DNA of 64,000 bases from Candidatus Bathyarchaeia archaeon (lineage in GTDB: Archaea; Thermoproteota; Bathyarchaeia; 40CM-2-53-6), in NCBI GenBank assembly GCA_049513715.1, contig JBEKVV010000002.1:384001-448000 (forward strand). Reading direction: 5' to 3'. The position numbers were made by a program, and so were the translations under genes. Within the stretch, counting starts at the first letter, position 1, and each line of letters begins with the position of its first letter. Of this stretch, positions 20,300 through 30,750 are shown in pieces. The notes beneath the pieces were generated by a model. The model saw only the letters and a list, made by a program, of their open reading frames with translations, ran no database searches and was not told where the DNA came from.

Positions 20300-20644
20300 A
20301 TGATACAATCGATAATTGATGTTGCCGTTGTCGTATCTGACGCACAAAAATCTGCGGAATGGTTCAAGGATAAGGTCGGCCTTGAGGTCCGTGATAAGAT
20401 GGGTCACTGGGTAACAGTAGCACCCAAAGGCTCTGGCCCTGTGTTGCATCTATGCGAAACCAAACCACTCGAGAAAGGCAATACGGGAATAGCGTTTCGA
20501 GTCGACGATCTAGACAAAGCCTTCAAAGAAATGACCGCAAAGGGCGTTGAGTTCACGGCTAAACCCACCAAAGAGGAATGGGGAACCTACGCAAAGTTCA
20601 AGGACCCCGACGGAAACGAATTCTGGCTCATGCCAGGCGAATAG
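20300..20644 (+). CDS. VOC/glyoxalase family protein
   Basis: IAFRVDDLD, EEWG..AKFKDPDGNEF. Confidence 0.9.
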   Translation: MIQSIIDVAVVVSDAQKSAEWFKDKVGLEVRDKMGHWVTVAPKGSGPVLHLCETKPLEKGNTGIAFRVDDLDKAFKEMTAKGVEFTAKPTKEEWGTYAKFKDPDGNEFWLMPGE

Positions 20645-20729
20645 GCGCGGTTGTAGGTTCTCGCCAAAAAGGCTAAGCGAAGTCGGAAATCGGCTCAGTG
20701 TGACCTCAATTCTCGAATTGTGCTGAGAG

Positions 20730-20773
20730 AAAAAAGGAGCAGGAAAGCGATTCGCAGTGCGGATGCTTTCCTG
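20730..20773 (-). terminator. Hairpin plus T-tract terminator after the SRPBCC gene
   Basis: CAGGAAAGC/GCTTTCCTG inverted repeat followed on the minus strand by CTCCTTTTTT, directly after the stop at 20775. Confidence 0.55.
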
Positions 20774-20774
20774 G

Positions 20775-21194
20775 TTACTTCATTTTGGTGTTTAGGTAGC
20801 GTAGGTCGTCGTCGAAGCTGCTGTTGAGGATTTGCCTCGTAGTACTCTCAACTTGTTTGTCGTCCATAACTGGGGATTTCATATCACATTCAGTTACTAC
20901 TTTGGTTCCGCCGGAGACTTCGGTGTAGGTGTTGACCATCTTACCCGTAACTGGTCCTTCGAGGAAGTCAAGGGTTAACGTGTTCGGGGGGCTCGGTGTG
21001 ATCTGCAGAACCATTTTGACTGCTTGGCCGTTCATGTCCCATTGCTGTTCGACCTTGCTGCCTTCCTTGTTGAGTGGCTTGACGGATTTGAGGCTTGGAT
21101 GTATGCCTTGTGGGTTGGTGGTGTGAGCTTGAATGAGCTGCCAGACTTTGTCGCGCGAGACAGGGAACATACCGGTATCGGTTACTTTAACCAT
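20775..21194 (-). CDS. SRPBCC (START/polyketide cyclase-like) protein
   Basis: PVSRDKVWQL..HP N-terminus, EGPVTG and a C-terminal helix. SD GGAGGTGA upstream. Confidence 0.7.
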   Translation of the reverse strand: MVKVTDTGMFPVSRDKVWQLIQAHTTNPQGIHPSLKSVKPLNKEGSKVEQQWDMNGQAVKMVLQITPSPPNTLTLDFLEGPVTGKMVNTYTEVSGGTKVVTECDMKSPVMDDKQVESTTRQILNSSFDDDLRYLNTKMK

Positions 21195-21215
21195 CTTCGT
21201 TTCTCACCTCCTATG

Positions 21216-21785
21216 TCATCGGGCGCCTGCGGATGACTTGCTATGGGCGTCGACAGTTTTCTGCCAGCGCTCTTGCCATGATGCTTCGTTTTGCTTCCAC
21301 CACTTGTCAAATTCTTGTTGCGAGTGTTCTAGGTAATACTTCAAAACTTCTCCACCTAACATTTCCCACCCAACCTCGTGGCCCCAGTATTCCTCGTCCT
21401 GTTCTGGGAAGCCCTCGTGCCTCACGGTGATCTTCGTGCCTTTCCCTGTCTTTTCGAACTTCACTGTAACTTTGGATGGGTTGTCGTCGGACCAGTTGGG
21501 GATTTTCTTTCCTGTACTCTTGTCGTATTCATTCATTCGCCAAGTGTAAACTAGTAGCTGATTTGGAACGACCTCAAGAAATTCGCCAGTGGTTGCGTAG
21601 CCGTCGGCTTCTTGACCCATCTTGAATTTGCCACCCTTTCGAGGGTCTATCTCAAAGTGGTCAGACATCCATTCCAGAACATCCTTCTTGTCCGTGAACG
21701 CCTTGTAGACACGTTCAGGGGGAGCGTTGATCTGAAGAACCTTGATTATGGTGCCTCTGAGAGAGGCAGAGTCGGGTTTGCTCAT
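21216..21785 (-). CDS. SRPBCC/AHSA1-like protein
   Basis: INAPPERVYKAFTD, GEFLEVVPN.LLVYTW, TKITVRHEGF, GW. Confidence 0.85.
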   Translation of the reverse strand: MSKPDSASLRGTIIKVLQINAPPERVYKAFTDKKDVLEWMSDHFEIDPRKGGKFKMGQEADGYATTGEFLEVVPNQLLVYTWRMNEYDKSTGKKIPNWSDDNPSKVTVKFEKTGKGTKITVRHEGFPEQDEEYWGHEVGWEMLGGEVLKYYLEHSQQEFDKWWKQNEASWQERWQKTVDAHSKSSAGAR

Positions 21786-21799
21786 CTTCCATCTAGAAA

Positions 21800-21842
21800 T
21801 AGTTAAGGTTCAAATTAACTACTTATACCCTTGGCTAGTTAA
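21800..21842. promoter_or_regulatory. Candidate operator TAGTTAA-N8-TTAACTA plus an extra half-site
   Basis: Inverted repeat at 21800-21821 and a third TAGTTAA at 21836-21842, between the divergent SRPBCC and HTH genes. Confidence 0.55.
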
Positions 21843-21850
21843 GTTCTCAT

Positions 21851-22792
21851 ATGCCAAGAACAAAACCAATAGTCCTCGCTCGGCAGATGTGGGGAAAACG
21901 TGTTGCCGTGGAAGTAAAAGTGGATACGGGCGGTGAGTTGCGTCATGAGATCGAGGGAGTCCGGAGGGCGCTTGGCTCTTTGGCATTGAGCGAGCTATTT
22001 GTCTTGGTGGGAGAGGGCAAGAATACTCCAACCGAGATTGTGAGGCTGACTGGGAAGTCAAAATTCGCCGTGAGCCTGGAACTCTCGGCTCTCAAGAAAG
22101 TCGGCCTGTTGAAGGACCGTTCAGTCGTGGGGTGGGATCTCCGGCGGAAACGCTACGAGGTTGTATGGGAGAGAGTTGCACATATTTTTCGACAAGACCA
22201 CGCTCTTGAGCTTGAAATCTACGAGAACCATCTTCTTGTTGAACCGATGCGCGAGATTCGGGGAACTGTAAAGAAAGCTGGCTTAGCAATTACCGGTAGT
22301 GGGAAATTAGGTCTGGTGAAGGAAGTTGCCCCCGAACAGGTCACAATGTTGGAGGGGACACAGAAACGTGTTTACGAGCGCATGAATCGACTGGTTTGGG
22401 AATTCGTAGAATTGTTCAAAGGCTATCTGAAGGAGCGGCGATACCCCACACTCCGGGAATATTTCCTTGGCGCCTACGAAGAACTTTCGGAGCATTACGG
22501 TAGGCTTCCTAAGAACTCAGAACTGGCAATGTTCTTCGAGTTCACGGACCGCTCTTTTGCTCGGACTCAGCCGATTGAGCAGGTGTGGAGAAAGCATGTT
22601 GGCAAACCTCTCAAGGATGCTCCCATTCTCTACTGGAGGAGTCCGACCAGAGCATTGACCTTGAAGCTTTTTGCGGAGGCAGGCAGCGTCGACCCAACAG
22701 GACGCTACCTGCTGAACGCCGAAGCGCAGAGGGTCATCAAACCCGGGACAGCATTGAGAATCTACCCATCATACACATATCCAGAGCTCTAG
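21851..22792 (+). CDS. ArsR-like winged-helix transcriptional regulator with extended C-terminus
   Basis: TPTEIVRLTGKSKFAVSLELSALKKVGLL..RRKRYEV; divergent from the SRPBCC genes. Confidence 0.65.
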   Translation: MPRTKPIVLARQMWGKRVAVEVKVDTGGELRHEIEGVRRALGSLALSELFVLVGEGKNTPTEIVRLTGKSKFAVSLELSALKKVGLLKDRSVVGWDLRRKRYEVVWERVAHIFRQDHALELEIYENHLLVEPMREIRGTVKKAGLAITGSGKLGLVKEVAPEQVTMLEGTQKRVYERMNRLVWEFVELFKGYLKERRYPTLREYFLGAYEELSEHYGRLPKNSELAMFFEFTDRSFARTQPIEQVWRKHVGKPLKDAPILYWRSPTRALTLKLFAEAGSVDPTGRYLLNAEAQRVIKPGTALRIYPSYTYPEL

Positions 22793-22987
22793 GTTACGTA
22801 ACGTTCTCGCTTTCTGATGGTGTCCGTGGGAGCTCCTTGCCGTTTTCTTACCTCACAAAACAAGAATGTGGTGCCTCTCGGGGGAACAAGTGAACCGGCA
22901 GCTGGACGAAGATTTTAGTTCACTTCACAAGGATTCTGATCAGTCTTAGTTTTACTCTGCTCTTGTTTTTCAGCTACAATTAGTCCG

Positions 22988-24652
22988 CTATTCCTTGAAG
23001 AGGTTTCCTGGACATAGAATCCAATTTGGATCCAGTGCCCTCTTGGTGGCTTTCATTTGTTGAATCTTTGTTTCGTCGTACATCATCGTCAGGAAGTCTT
23101 GTTTAAGTTTCCCAATTCCATGCTCTGCCGAGACAGCTCCACCTAAGGCCACCGCGTCCCGCGCCATATCCTGCACCAGTTGCTCCCCTACCTGCAGCTC
23201 TGCTAATGTTCGTGGGAGAATGTTCACGTGTAGGTGATTCTCGGCAATGTGTCCAAAGACGTAATGCTCGAGACCGCTATCTTGAAGCCGTCGACGGTAA
23301 CTGTTCATCAAATCAAGGAGCTTCTCATTTGGAACCGCAGTGTCCGTTCCGAGCTTGTGCAAACTAGGAATCTGATTTTTCCTTCTAGCTATCGCCTTGT
23401 TGATGGCCTCGGGAAGGGCGTGCCTCAATGCCCTTAAACGATCTCTATCTACCTGACTCATTCCAACTATCGCATCATCTGCAGAAGAACGAAATTGTTG
23501 GAGTGCCTCTATGAGGGGCTGGATTGCGTCTATATCGTGATAGCCAAATTCACATAGAATGGCAGCGGATTTGTCGGGCAGCCTTATTCCTCCGCGGACT
23601 TCCTCAATCTCCTTCAGTTCTCGAATTAATTTGAGGGAGTTTTCATCGAAGTATTCCATCGAATGAACTGCCAATGGCGCATCATTTCTTCTTTCGCCGC
23701 GAAGGTTAAGGACAAAGGCTACCGCATCATCAGTTGAGGGGAAAAACGCGAGAACCATGGCTGTCTGCGGCTTCACTTTGAGCGCCACCTCGACTTGAGT
23801 TATCACTCCCAGAGTGCCTTCTGAGCCGATGAAGAGGTCAAGTAGGTCCATGTTCCTTCTGCTGTAATAGCCTGCCGTGCATTTGACGTTGGGGCTTTCA
23901 TAGGTGGGGATTGGAACTTCAGTCACGGTTCCGTCACGATGGTGCAATTCCACAATTCTGCTAGAATCAACTGCATTACTCCCTCGACGCAGGGCTAGAA
24001 CTTCACCAGTCGCCAGCACGACTCTAAGAGCGCGAACGTGTTCCCGCGTGCGCCCATAGAAGTATGTGCGAGCACCCGAAGCATCAGTCGCCACAGTCCC
24101 GCCTATGGATGCAGAGTCCTCGGTTGGGTCGGGAGGGTAGAAGTACTGATTGGAATCCTCCAAGAACCGTCGTAGGTCTTTCCAGTTTGAACTGGTGGAG
24201 TGGTTCTTTTGCAAAGTTCTAGCTGCAACCGCTTGCTGGAAATCTCGAAGCCTAATTCCAGGTTCAACAATTGCTCTCCACTCTTGGCTCTGAGCATGCC
24301 ACTTGATGCCGAGAATGTTGTTCATTTGATCCAGAGAAAGTAGCGCGCCACCTTCCGGAACCGCCCCTCCAACAATCCCCGTTCGCCCACCTGAGATGGT
24401 AACAGGGATTCTTCGTCGGTTCATCTCACTGAGGAAATCTGCAACTTGTCCTTCGTCGGCTGGAAAAAAAACAGTTTCGACCTTTCCCGGCCCTAACCCT
24501 GACTCATCGGAAAGATACGACTCGTACCTTTCTCGTATCAACGAGTCCGAGTCCACCCTAGTGGGTGGAGAATGGTCTCCCCGAGTCGCTTCCACTGTCG
24601 CGATTTCAATCAGCGGCCTGCACCGAACCATCTCTGAAAATGCAGCACACAA
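22988..24652 (-). CDS. FAD-binding oxidoreductase (GlcD / D-lactate dehydrogenase family)
   Basis: GGRTGIVGGAVP, YPPDPTE..ASIGG, FIGSEGTLG, FGHIAENHLH, SAEHGIGKLK. Confidence 0.9.
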   Translation of the reverse strand: MCAAFSEMVRCRPLIEIATVEATRGDHSPPTRVDSDSLIRERYESYLSDESGLGPGKVETVFFPADEGQVADFLSEMNRRRIPVTISGGRTGIVGGAVPEGGALLSLDQMNNILGIKWHAQSQEWRAIVEPGIRLRDFQQAVAARTLQKNHSTSSNWKDLRRFLEDSNQYFYPPDPTEDSASIGGTVATDASGARTYFYGRTREHVRALRVVLATGEVLALRRGSNAVDSSRIVELHHRDGTVTEVPIPTYESPNVKCTAGYYSRRNMDLLDLFIGSEGTLGVITQVEVALKVKPQTAMVLAFFPSTDDAVAFVLNLRGERRNDAPLAVHSMEYFDENSLKLIRELKEIEEVRGGIRLPDKSAAILCEFGYHDIDAIQPLIEALQQFRSSADDAIVGMSQVDRDRLRALRHALPEAINKAIARRKNQIPSLHKLGTDTAVPNEKLLDLMNSYRRRLQDSGLEHYVFGHIAENHLHVNILPRTLAELQVGEQLVQDMARDAVALGGAVSAEHGIGKLKQDFLTMMYDETKIQQMKATKRALDPNWILCPGNLFKE

Positions 24653-24671
24653 TTAAACAGATGGCGGCCAA

Positions 24672-25934
24672 ATGACTGAAATGGAAAGAAGGCACACTGA
24701 ATTGAAAGCCAATGTCCCTTACGGAGATCAATCGATGCGCCTGGAAATAAGGGACGAAATAACGGAAGTTGTGTCTCCGAAACATTTCGCCGCGGACGAG
24801 CAGTCGGTTGCGCGGTCACTACTGAACCCGAAAGGTGCACCAGACCTAGAGTCGTTCCTTTCTGAAAGAAAACGGATACTTGTCGTGATTAACGATCATA
24901 CCCGCCCCCTTGTATCGGCTGTACTCAAACGCCTGCCCCTTAGGAATAACGAAGTTACGACAATAGTTGCGACTGGGACGCACCGTTCTCCGAACCGTGA
25001 GGAATTAGCGCGTCTTATGTGCGGTAGCTCTCCGCCGTATGGTGGAAAAGTCGCGGTTCATGACGCCACAGATTCCGAGGCGTTAAGGGCACTGGGTCGC
25101 ACAAGTCGAGGTACAGATGTACACCTGAATTCAGCGGTTTTCGAGGCCGATGGATTGGTGGCTGTTGGCTCCGTTGAGCCTCACTACTTCGCGGGTTTCA
25201 CGGGAGGACGTAAGTTTCTGCTTCCCGCCCTGGCTGGCTACAAATCTGTCGAAATGAACCATTCCTTAGCTTTGGACGAAAGGGCCAGGATTCTTAGTCT
25301 TTCTGGGAATCCGATTCACGAAGATTTCATGGAGGCCCTGCATATGTTCGGAAGGAATGAGGACATTTTCTCAATCCAAGTAGTCATGAATCCTGAGCAT
25401 GAGGTAAGTTACGCCTGTTCAGGAGATATCGTCGACTCATTCACTGATGCCGTGGAGCAGGCAACTAGGACCTATACTTGCAGAATTCAATCCAAAGCCG
25501 ACATTGTTGTGGCTGTGGTGGGTCCTCCGCTCGATATCGACTTGTACCAGGCTCACAAAGCCGTAGAAAATGTGAAGCCATCGTTAAACGACGGAGGTGT
25601 GCTAATACTTGTCGCCAAGTGCAGGGACGGTGTGGGCAATCGCGCCTTCTATGATCTGCTGGCGTCGAAACAAGATATCTTCCAGATGGTGAAGCAAAAC
25701 TACACATTTGGAGGTCACAAGGCCCTGAAAATCGCGCAGTTGCTCCAACGAGCAAAGATTTTCGCAGTAACCAGCCTTCCCTCCAAGATGCTGCAAGACA
25801 TCTCAATAGTACCATATACCAACGTCCAAAACGCGGTGGACGAGGCTAGGAGGATAAAGGGTCCGAACGCTAGAATTCTATTGGTAAATGATGCAGGCGT
25901 CGCTGTCCCGGTACAGGACACGCGAGAAACCTGA
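24672..25934 (+). CDS. larA: Nickel-dependent lactate racemase family protein
   Basis: NDHTRP, ATGTHR, EPHYFAGFTGGRK..LP, DLYQAHKA, GGHKA. Confidence 0.88.
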   Translation: MTEMERRHTELKANVPYGDQSMRLEIRDEITEVVSPKHFAADEQSVARSLLNPKGAPDLESFLSERKRILVVINDHTRPLVSAVLKRLPLRNNEVTTIVATGTHRSPNREELARLMCGSSPPYGGKVAVHDATDSEALRALGRTSRGTDVHLNSAVFEADGLVAVGSVEPHYFAGFTGGRKFLLPALAGYKSVEMNHSLALDERARILSLSGNPIHEDFMEALHMFGRNEDIFSIQVVMNPEHEVSYACSGDIVDSFTDAVEQATRTYTCRIQSKADIVVAVVGPPLDIDLYQAHKAVENVKPSLNDGGVLILVAKCRDGVGNRAFYDLLASKQDIFQMVKQNYTFGGHKALKIAQLLQRAKIFAVTSLPSKMLQDISIVPYTNVQNAVDEARRIKGPNARILLVNDAGVAVPVQDTRET

Positions 25935-26000
25935 TTCGTTTCCGAGCGCCAATTTCTGAATGCGTTCATCTATGCAGGGATCTGGTTCAGCGGTTTCACG

Positions 26001-27440
26001 TTACGGCTGTCCGGTATGATTGGTTTGAGTCTTCGTTTCGTGTCCACGTAAACTTGAGGCAAACATCCCCGCTAGAGTGATGACGGTTGCCACGATGAAC
26101 GCGCGCCCAATGCCGCTCATGAAGCCTACCGAATCGCTTGCAGTTAGCGTCGTATAGCCACCAGTGATTATGCCGGAAACGACCTGATATGGGATGGCTG
26201 TGGTGATTATGTACGCCACCAGCGCGATGCTTACAACGTTGCCAGTATTGAAGAGGGTTGCCCTGACTGCTGAAGCCACACCACGTCGGTCCGCTGGAAC
26301 GGAGCCCATAACGGAACTGATGTTTGGCGAGGAGAAGAGCCCCAATCCCAGTCCGAGAATTATGAGAATGATTTCAACTTGCACGAGTGAGGTTGTGGCC
26401 GTTAGGAGAAATGCAAGTGCCACGTAGCCCACGGTTCCAATTCCCATGCCCAGTGTGGCTAACCCGCGTGTCCCATACCGGTCAGAGAGTCTTCCGCTAA
26501 TGGGGCCGATAGTCACGAAAGCCACGTCTAACGGCAGGAATAGAATTCCAGCTGTCAGAGCGTCGAACCCTCGAATAAGTTGGAAGTAGAGTATTATGAT
26601 GAGGCTCAGAGACCCGAAACCAAGCGAATACAGGAACTGACTAATGTTCCCAGCTGAGAAAAGACGGATTTTGAAGAGCCGCATGTCAAGAAGCGGCTGC
26701 GCCGTTCTCGGTTCGACATACAGGAATCCTGCGAAAGTTGCCAAGCCAATGGCGAAGAATATTGTTGCTTCGATATTATCGATTGCAGCCATCGTGAGTA
26801 GACTGATGACCAATAGCAGCGTGGTAAGCGAGGTTGTGAATAGGAGGAGACCTAGATAATCAAAACTCCAACGTTTCTCCGTTTTCGCGATCTCACGCAA
26901 ACGGAGGTGTGCCCAGAGAGTACCAAAGATTCCGATGGGAACGTTCATGAGGAATATGTATCTCCATCCGGTGGTGTCGATTAATACTCCCCCCACAGTT
27001 AATCCAAGGACCGCGCCCAATGTGAACGCAATTTGATTTGTTCCGAGTGCAAAGCCCAGTTCTTGCGCGGGTGTCGCGTCGGCAATTAGTGCCACGCTGT
27101 TGGCGATTAGCATCGCGGCGCCGGCTCCTTGAATTACTCGGAAAATTATGAGTTGCTCTCCTGTTTGCGCAAAGAAGCATAACCCGGAACCTACAGTGAA
27201 GATTGCGAAGCCTAGGTTGTAGATCTTTACTCGGCCAAATATGTCGGTAAGTCGGCCGAGGAATAGGAGGCCGATGGTTATGGCGATTTGATAACCCTGC
27301 GTCACCCACAGTAAGGTCTCAAGATCCGTTTGGAGTGATTCAGCGATTGTGGGTAGGCCTATTAGTACTATTCGCGTGTCAAGACCGGCCATGAAAATGC
27401 CGACAGTCGTTACTGTAAGGACGACCCACTGGTACTTCAC
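26001..27440 (-). CDS. MFS transporter (DHA2/EmrB-QacA type)
   Basis: LD..IV..GLP.I, GRLTDIFGR, RVIQGAG, WRYIF..NVPIG and multiple hydrophobic segments. Confidence 0.92.
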   Translation of the reverse strand: MKYQWVVLTVTTVGIFMAGLDTRIVLIGLPTIAESLQTDLETLLWVTQGYQIAITIGLLFLGRLTDIFGRVKIYNLGFAIFTVGSGLCFFAQTGEQLIIFRVIQGAGAAMLIANSVALIADATPAQELGFALGTNQIAFTLGAVLGLTVGGVLIDTTGWRYIFLMNVPIGIFGTLWAHLRLREIAKTEKRWSFDYLGLLLFTTSLTTLLLVISLLTMAAIDNIEATIFFAIGLATFAGFLYVEPRTAQPLLDMRLFKIRLFSAGNISQFLYSLGFGSLSLIIILYFQLIRGFDALTAGILFLPLDVAFVTIGPISGRLSDRYGTRGLATLGMGIGTVGYVALAFLLTATTSLVQVEIILIILGLGLGLFSSPNISSVMGSVPADRRGVASAVRATLFNTGNVVSIALVAYIITTAIPYQVVSGIITGGYTTLTASDSVGFMSGIGRAFIVATVITLAGMFASSLRGHETKTQTNHTGQP

Positions 27441-27555
27441 TGTCTTAACACGAAACTAGGCCACACTAAACCTCTATAAGAAAAACCCTTCACAATACCA
27501 ACACCACGGAACGTGTTCCCACCTTTTCTGGCATCGGAATTGTGCGCGCGAACTG

Positions 27556-28590
27556 ATGTCGCGCACCACACGATTGGATATTCTCTTAACGGCCCACGCA
27601 GTCATCTGGCTTGTGGAAGACTTGGTGACCAGGGCGTTCAGGGGTGCATTGAACCTGCTTCGTACTTGCGCACAGGTGAGGCCGCGAGAAAGGGTCCTGA
27701 TCGTAAGTGACTCCGATACTGACCCAGCGATCGCGAGCACAATGATGGCTGCTGCGACTCGGCTTGGTGTTGAAGCCATCTCGATCACGATGAGGCCCAG
27801 AGCTTTGCCAGGAGACGAACCCCCTGCTCCGGTTGTGGCTGCAATGCTATCATCTGACGTGATAATTTGCCCGACCAGCAGAACCCTATACCATACCAAC
27901 GCGAGAACCTTGGCCTGCAGGAAGGGTGCAAGATTCATGTCGATGGCTGGAGCCACAATGGCCGTCCTAGCCTCCCGAGCGATGTTCGCCGATTTCGAGA
28001 AACAAGAACGACTTTTGAGAAAACTCGTGAGGCTGTTAACTCGCGCGAAACGTATCACGGTTACGAATCGGGCAGGAACTGATCTCGAGTTCAGTGTGGT
28101 TGGGCGACGCGGGTACGGCGTCAGTGGAATGGCCACTCGGCGTGGCGAAGCGACAGGAGTACCCGACATCGAGGCCTACATCGCCCCTATTGAGGGCTCT
28201 ACAAACGGGACTTTGGCTATCGATGGGAGCACCTCAGTAACGGGAGTCGTGAAGGAAACCATTAAAATCGATATCGAGGGTGGAATGGCGAAGAGGTTGA
28301 GTGGGGGACCTGATGCGCCGCGACTCCTACAAATACTCAGAAAAGCCAGAAGTCGTACAGCATTCTGCGTTGCCGAATTTGGGATTGGGTTGAACCCGTT
28401 CGCCCGCATTCGGGGCGCCATAATAGAAGATGAAGGAGCCCTAGGGACGGCGCACATAGCACTCGGAGACAGCACTAGATTAGGTGGAAAGAACAAAGCG
28501 CCACTTCACATAGACCTAGTCCTGAAACACCCGCACGTCGAATTCGACGGAAGAACCGTCCTAGATGGAAAGAATCTTACACTGTATTAG
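27556..28590 (+). CDS. Aminopeptidase T / M29-like (AmpS) metallopeptidase
   Basis: GTDLEF, VPDIEAYIAP, AEFGIGLNP, EDEGALGTAHIALG, HID. The true start is probably downstream of 27556. Confidence 0.8.
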   Translation: MSRTTRLDILLTAHAVIWLVEDLVTRAFRGALNLLRTCAQVRPRERVLIVSDSDTDPAIASTMMAAATRLGVEAISITMRPRALPGDEPPAPVVAAMLSSDVIICPTSRTLYHTNARTLACRKGARFMSMAGATMAVLASRAMFADFEKQERLLRKLVRLLTRAKRITVTNRAGTDLEFSVVGRRGYGVSGMATRRGEATGVPDIEAYIAPIEGSTNGTLAIDGSTSVTGVVKETIKIDIEGGMAKRLSGGPDAPRLLQILRKARSRTAFCVAEFGIGLNPFARIRGAIIEDEGALGTAHIALGDSTRLGGKNKAPLHIDLVLKHPHVEFDGRTVLDGKNLTLY

Positions 28591-28617
28591 AAACGATGAG
28601 CGAACCGCCACGCATCT

Positions 28618-30750
28618 TCATTGACGGATGATTCTGGAATGCAAGAGGTCCGTGACCAGAGTGACTGCACGTTGAGTCCACGCGGCAGACGCTGCAATTG
28701 CAGATAGAATTGCGGCGGAAGTTGCCAAGGTCATCAGAAACCCGATTCCAAGCAGTTCAGATAAAGTCACAGCGAGGAGTGCACCCGCTAGGGCGATAAC
28801 GCTGCACTTCTGGAGTTCTCTGAATATCCGTCGGTGCCCGAAGGGGAGCCTTCTAACAATCACCGCGAAGGGTATTCCAAGGTACACGGTTCCTAATAGC
28901 GCACTGATGGTTAGTCCTGAAAGAAGTGCGCCTGCTTCATGACTCATGGGTAGCAGGTCGAAAGCTGTCGATCCTACCCGTAGGATTGCAATGAGAGGGT
29001 ACAGCACGATCTTCATTGCTGCACGTACTGGCGGATGGTCATACTCGAACTGAGCCACGGCAGGGCTGAATGAATAGTACCACTCGTTAAAGGCCACCAT
29101 GAAACTTGAACCGGCAAAAGTCTGCAGTATCTTGTAATCTCTGAAATCCCTGAGAAATTGCACTTCAGGAGCCAGCTCCGACCCGAAAGTGGCTGTTGCG
29201 ATCAAGCATCCTGAAACCTGCAGTGTGACCGGAACCTGCCTGGCTTCTGCACTATCCGCTCCCCATATGCTGAACTTGTAGGTGCCGGTCGGGACGGAGC
29301 GCGTAACGGTTAGAGTGACCGTAACGACGGCTGTTCCACCGGCAGGCGGAACGATTGTGTTGGTGGAGAAGAATGCTTGGACACCGGGCGGTAGGTTAGC
29401 CGTATTTAGAGCTACACGCTCATTGAAGCCGCCGATTGATTGGAGCGTCAGAGTCATCGTGGCGGAAGATGCTTGGGGCATGCTGATTGGGTTGGGGTCG
29501 GCTGCAAGCAAGAAATCGCCCGGGACTGAAGAGCTCGCGGTGTCGGTAGCAACGTTCGTTACCTGTGTCGTGGGGTTTATTGTCTGTGTAGTGGAATCGG
29601 TTGTGACTGTGCTAGATGTTGTTGTCCCGACTTGAGCCGAGGTGGTTGAAGTTGAAGTTGAAGTTGATGTTGAGGTTGATGTTGAAGTTGTCGTTGGGGT
29701 TGTGCTTGAGCTGCTTGAGCTCGTACTAGTTTGAGAGTTTTGGGTAGACGTGGGCTCCGTTACGGTTGAAGAAGAATAGGTCGAGGCTGTGCTCGTTGTT
29801 GATGATGTCGAAGATGTTTCAATTATGGTTGTTGCGGACGCCTGCCCGGGGAAGTCTAATTTCACGTTCACGCCACTAAGGGTGATCGTCTTGGTGATCG
29901 GGCCAAAACCTGGACCTGAGGCTGTGACTGTAATCGTTCCAGAAGTGCCAATCGGGATAGTGTAGCCGCCGGCTGATGATGAGATAGCGTAGTAACTGCC
30001 GCTGCTGGTTGCGATCGTTACTCCGGGTATGCCTTCACCTATGTCGTAGAAGTTGTTGTTGTTCACATCATTGTAAACGACACCCAACAGGAATGGGCCT
30101 GTGTTGCTTGTGGCGCCGAAATCCTCCGTGATGAGGCTACCGAGACCAATACCGTTTGGAGTTACTCCTTGATCGTATCCGATTCCGATTTCGGAGTAGG
30201 CGCACGGGGGGTCTCCGCAAGGGTAGGGTTGAATGAGGTCGAGAAGGTTCACGCGATGAGGACGCCCCGACGTTCCGGCATCAACCATCATCAAATCCTC
30301 TAACTCCGTGGCACTCAGATCCGTACCTCCGGCCATGTTTTCACCCGCCATCACGTAATCGTAGCCTGCGTGCGTCATGCGGCCGAACGGAGTTGTGCCG
30401 TTCGGGTCGTTATGGGAGAAATAGTTCAGATTGTACATGTCTTGGCTGTGGGCCTGAGCGATGCCAAGCAGGATGTTATTCATAGCCAACGGCGGCCGAG
30501 GACCCAGAAGACTCGGATTCGCCAGCCCCTCATGGATATCAATCCCTAAACGCTGACCCTCAGCGACAGGATCAGCACGAGCACGGTTAATGTACTCTAA
30601 CACCAACTGCTCCGCAGGAACGGGATCACCCGAATTGTACAGCACGGCCGCCTTGACCATTGGCGCAAACAGAACTAGAGGTAACCAAAGTGACGTCAAT
30701 ATCAAGACAAGAGCGGAAACGGCAACGGCGCACCTGTGTCTCGGAATCAT
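28618..30750 (-). CDS. Secreted CAP-domain protein with Ser/Thr linker and CFI-box-CTERM membrane anchor
   Basis: Signal peptide; CAP motifs INRARA, AQAHSQDM..NYFSH, GENMA, HRVNLL; C-terminal GCLIATATFGSELAPEVQFLRDFRD followed by TM helices. Confidence 0.85.
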   Translation of the reverse strand: MIPRHRCAVAVSALVLILTSLWLPLVLFAPMVKAAVLYNSGDPVPAEQLVLEYINRARADPVAEGQRLGIDIHEGLANPSLLGPRPPLAMNNILLGIAQAHSQDMYNLNYFSHNDPNGTTPFGRMTHAGYDYVMAGENMAGGTDLSATELEDLMMVDAGTSGRPHRVNLLDLIQPYPCGDPPCAYSEIGIGYDQGVTPNGIGLGSLITEDFGATSNTGPFLLGVVYNDVNNNNFYDIGEGIPGVTIATSSGSYYAISSSAGGYTIPIGTSGTITVTASGPGFGPITKTITLSGVNVKLDFPGQASATTIIETSSTSSTTSTASTYSSSTVTEPTSTQNSQTSTSSSSSSTTPTTTSTSTSTSTSTSTSTTSAQVGTTTSSTVTTDSTTQTINPTTQVTNVATDTASSSVPGDFLLAADPNPISMPQASSATMTLTLQSIGGFNERVALNTANLPPGVQAFFSTNTIVPPAGGTAVVTVTLTVTRSVPTGTYKFSIWGADSAEARQVPVTLQVSGCLIATATFGSELAPEVQFLRDFRDYKILQTFAGSSFMVAFNEWYYSFSPAVAQFEYDHPPVRAAMKIVLYPLIAILRVGSTAFDLLPMSHEAGALLSGLTISALLGTVYLGIPFAVIVRRLPFGHRRIFRELQKCSVIALAGALLAVTLSELLGIGFLMTLATSAAILSAIAASAAWTQRAVTLVTDLLHSRIIRQ
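29645..29686. repeat. Seven GTTGAN hexamers encoding a (Thr-Ser)n linker
   Basis: gttgaa x3, gttgat, gttgag, gttgat, gttgaa, within the CDS. Confidence 0.7.

Noticed and set aside
27474..28169. 231-aa antisense ORF and other long shadow ORFs (e.g. 49175-49801)
   Set aside because: They lie opposite well-supported genes and have no recognisable motifs.
29645..29686. Hexamer tandem repeat as a phase-variation locus
   Set aside because: The repeat is in-frame, degenerate at third positions, and explained by a Ser/Thr linker.
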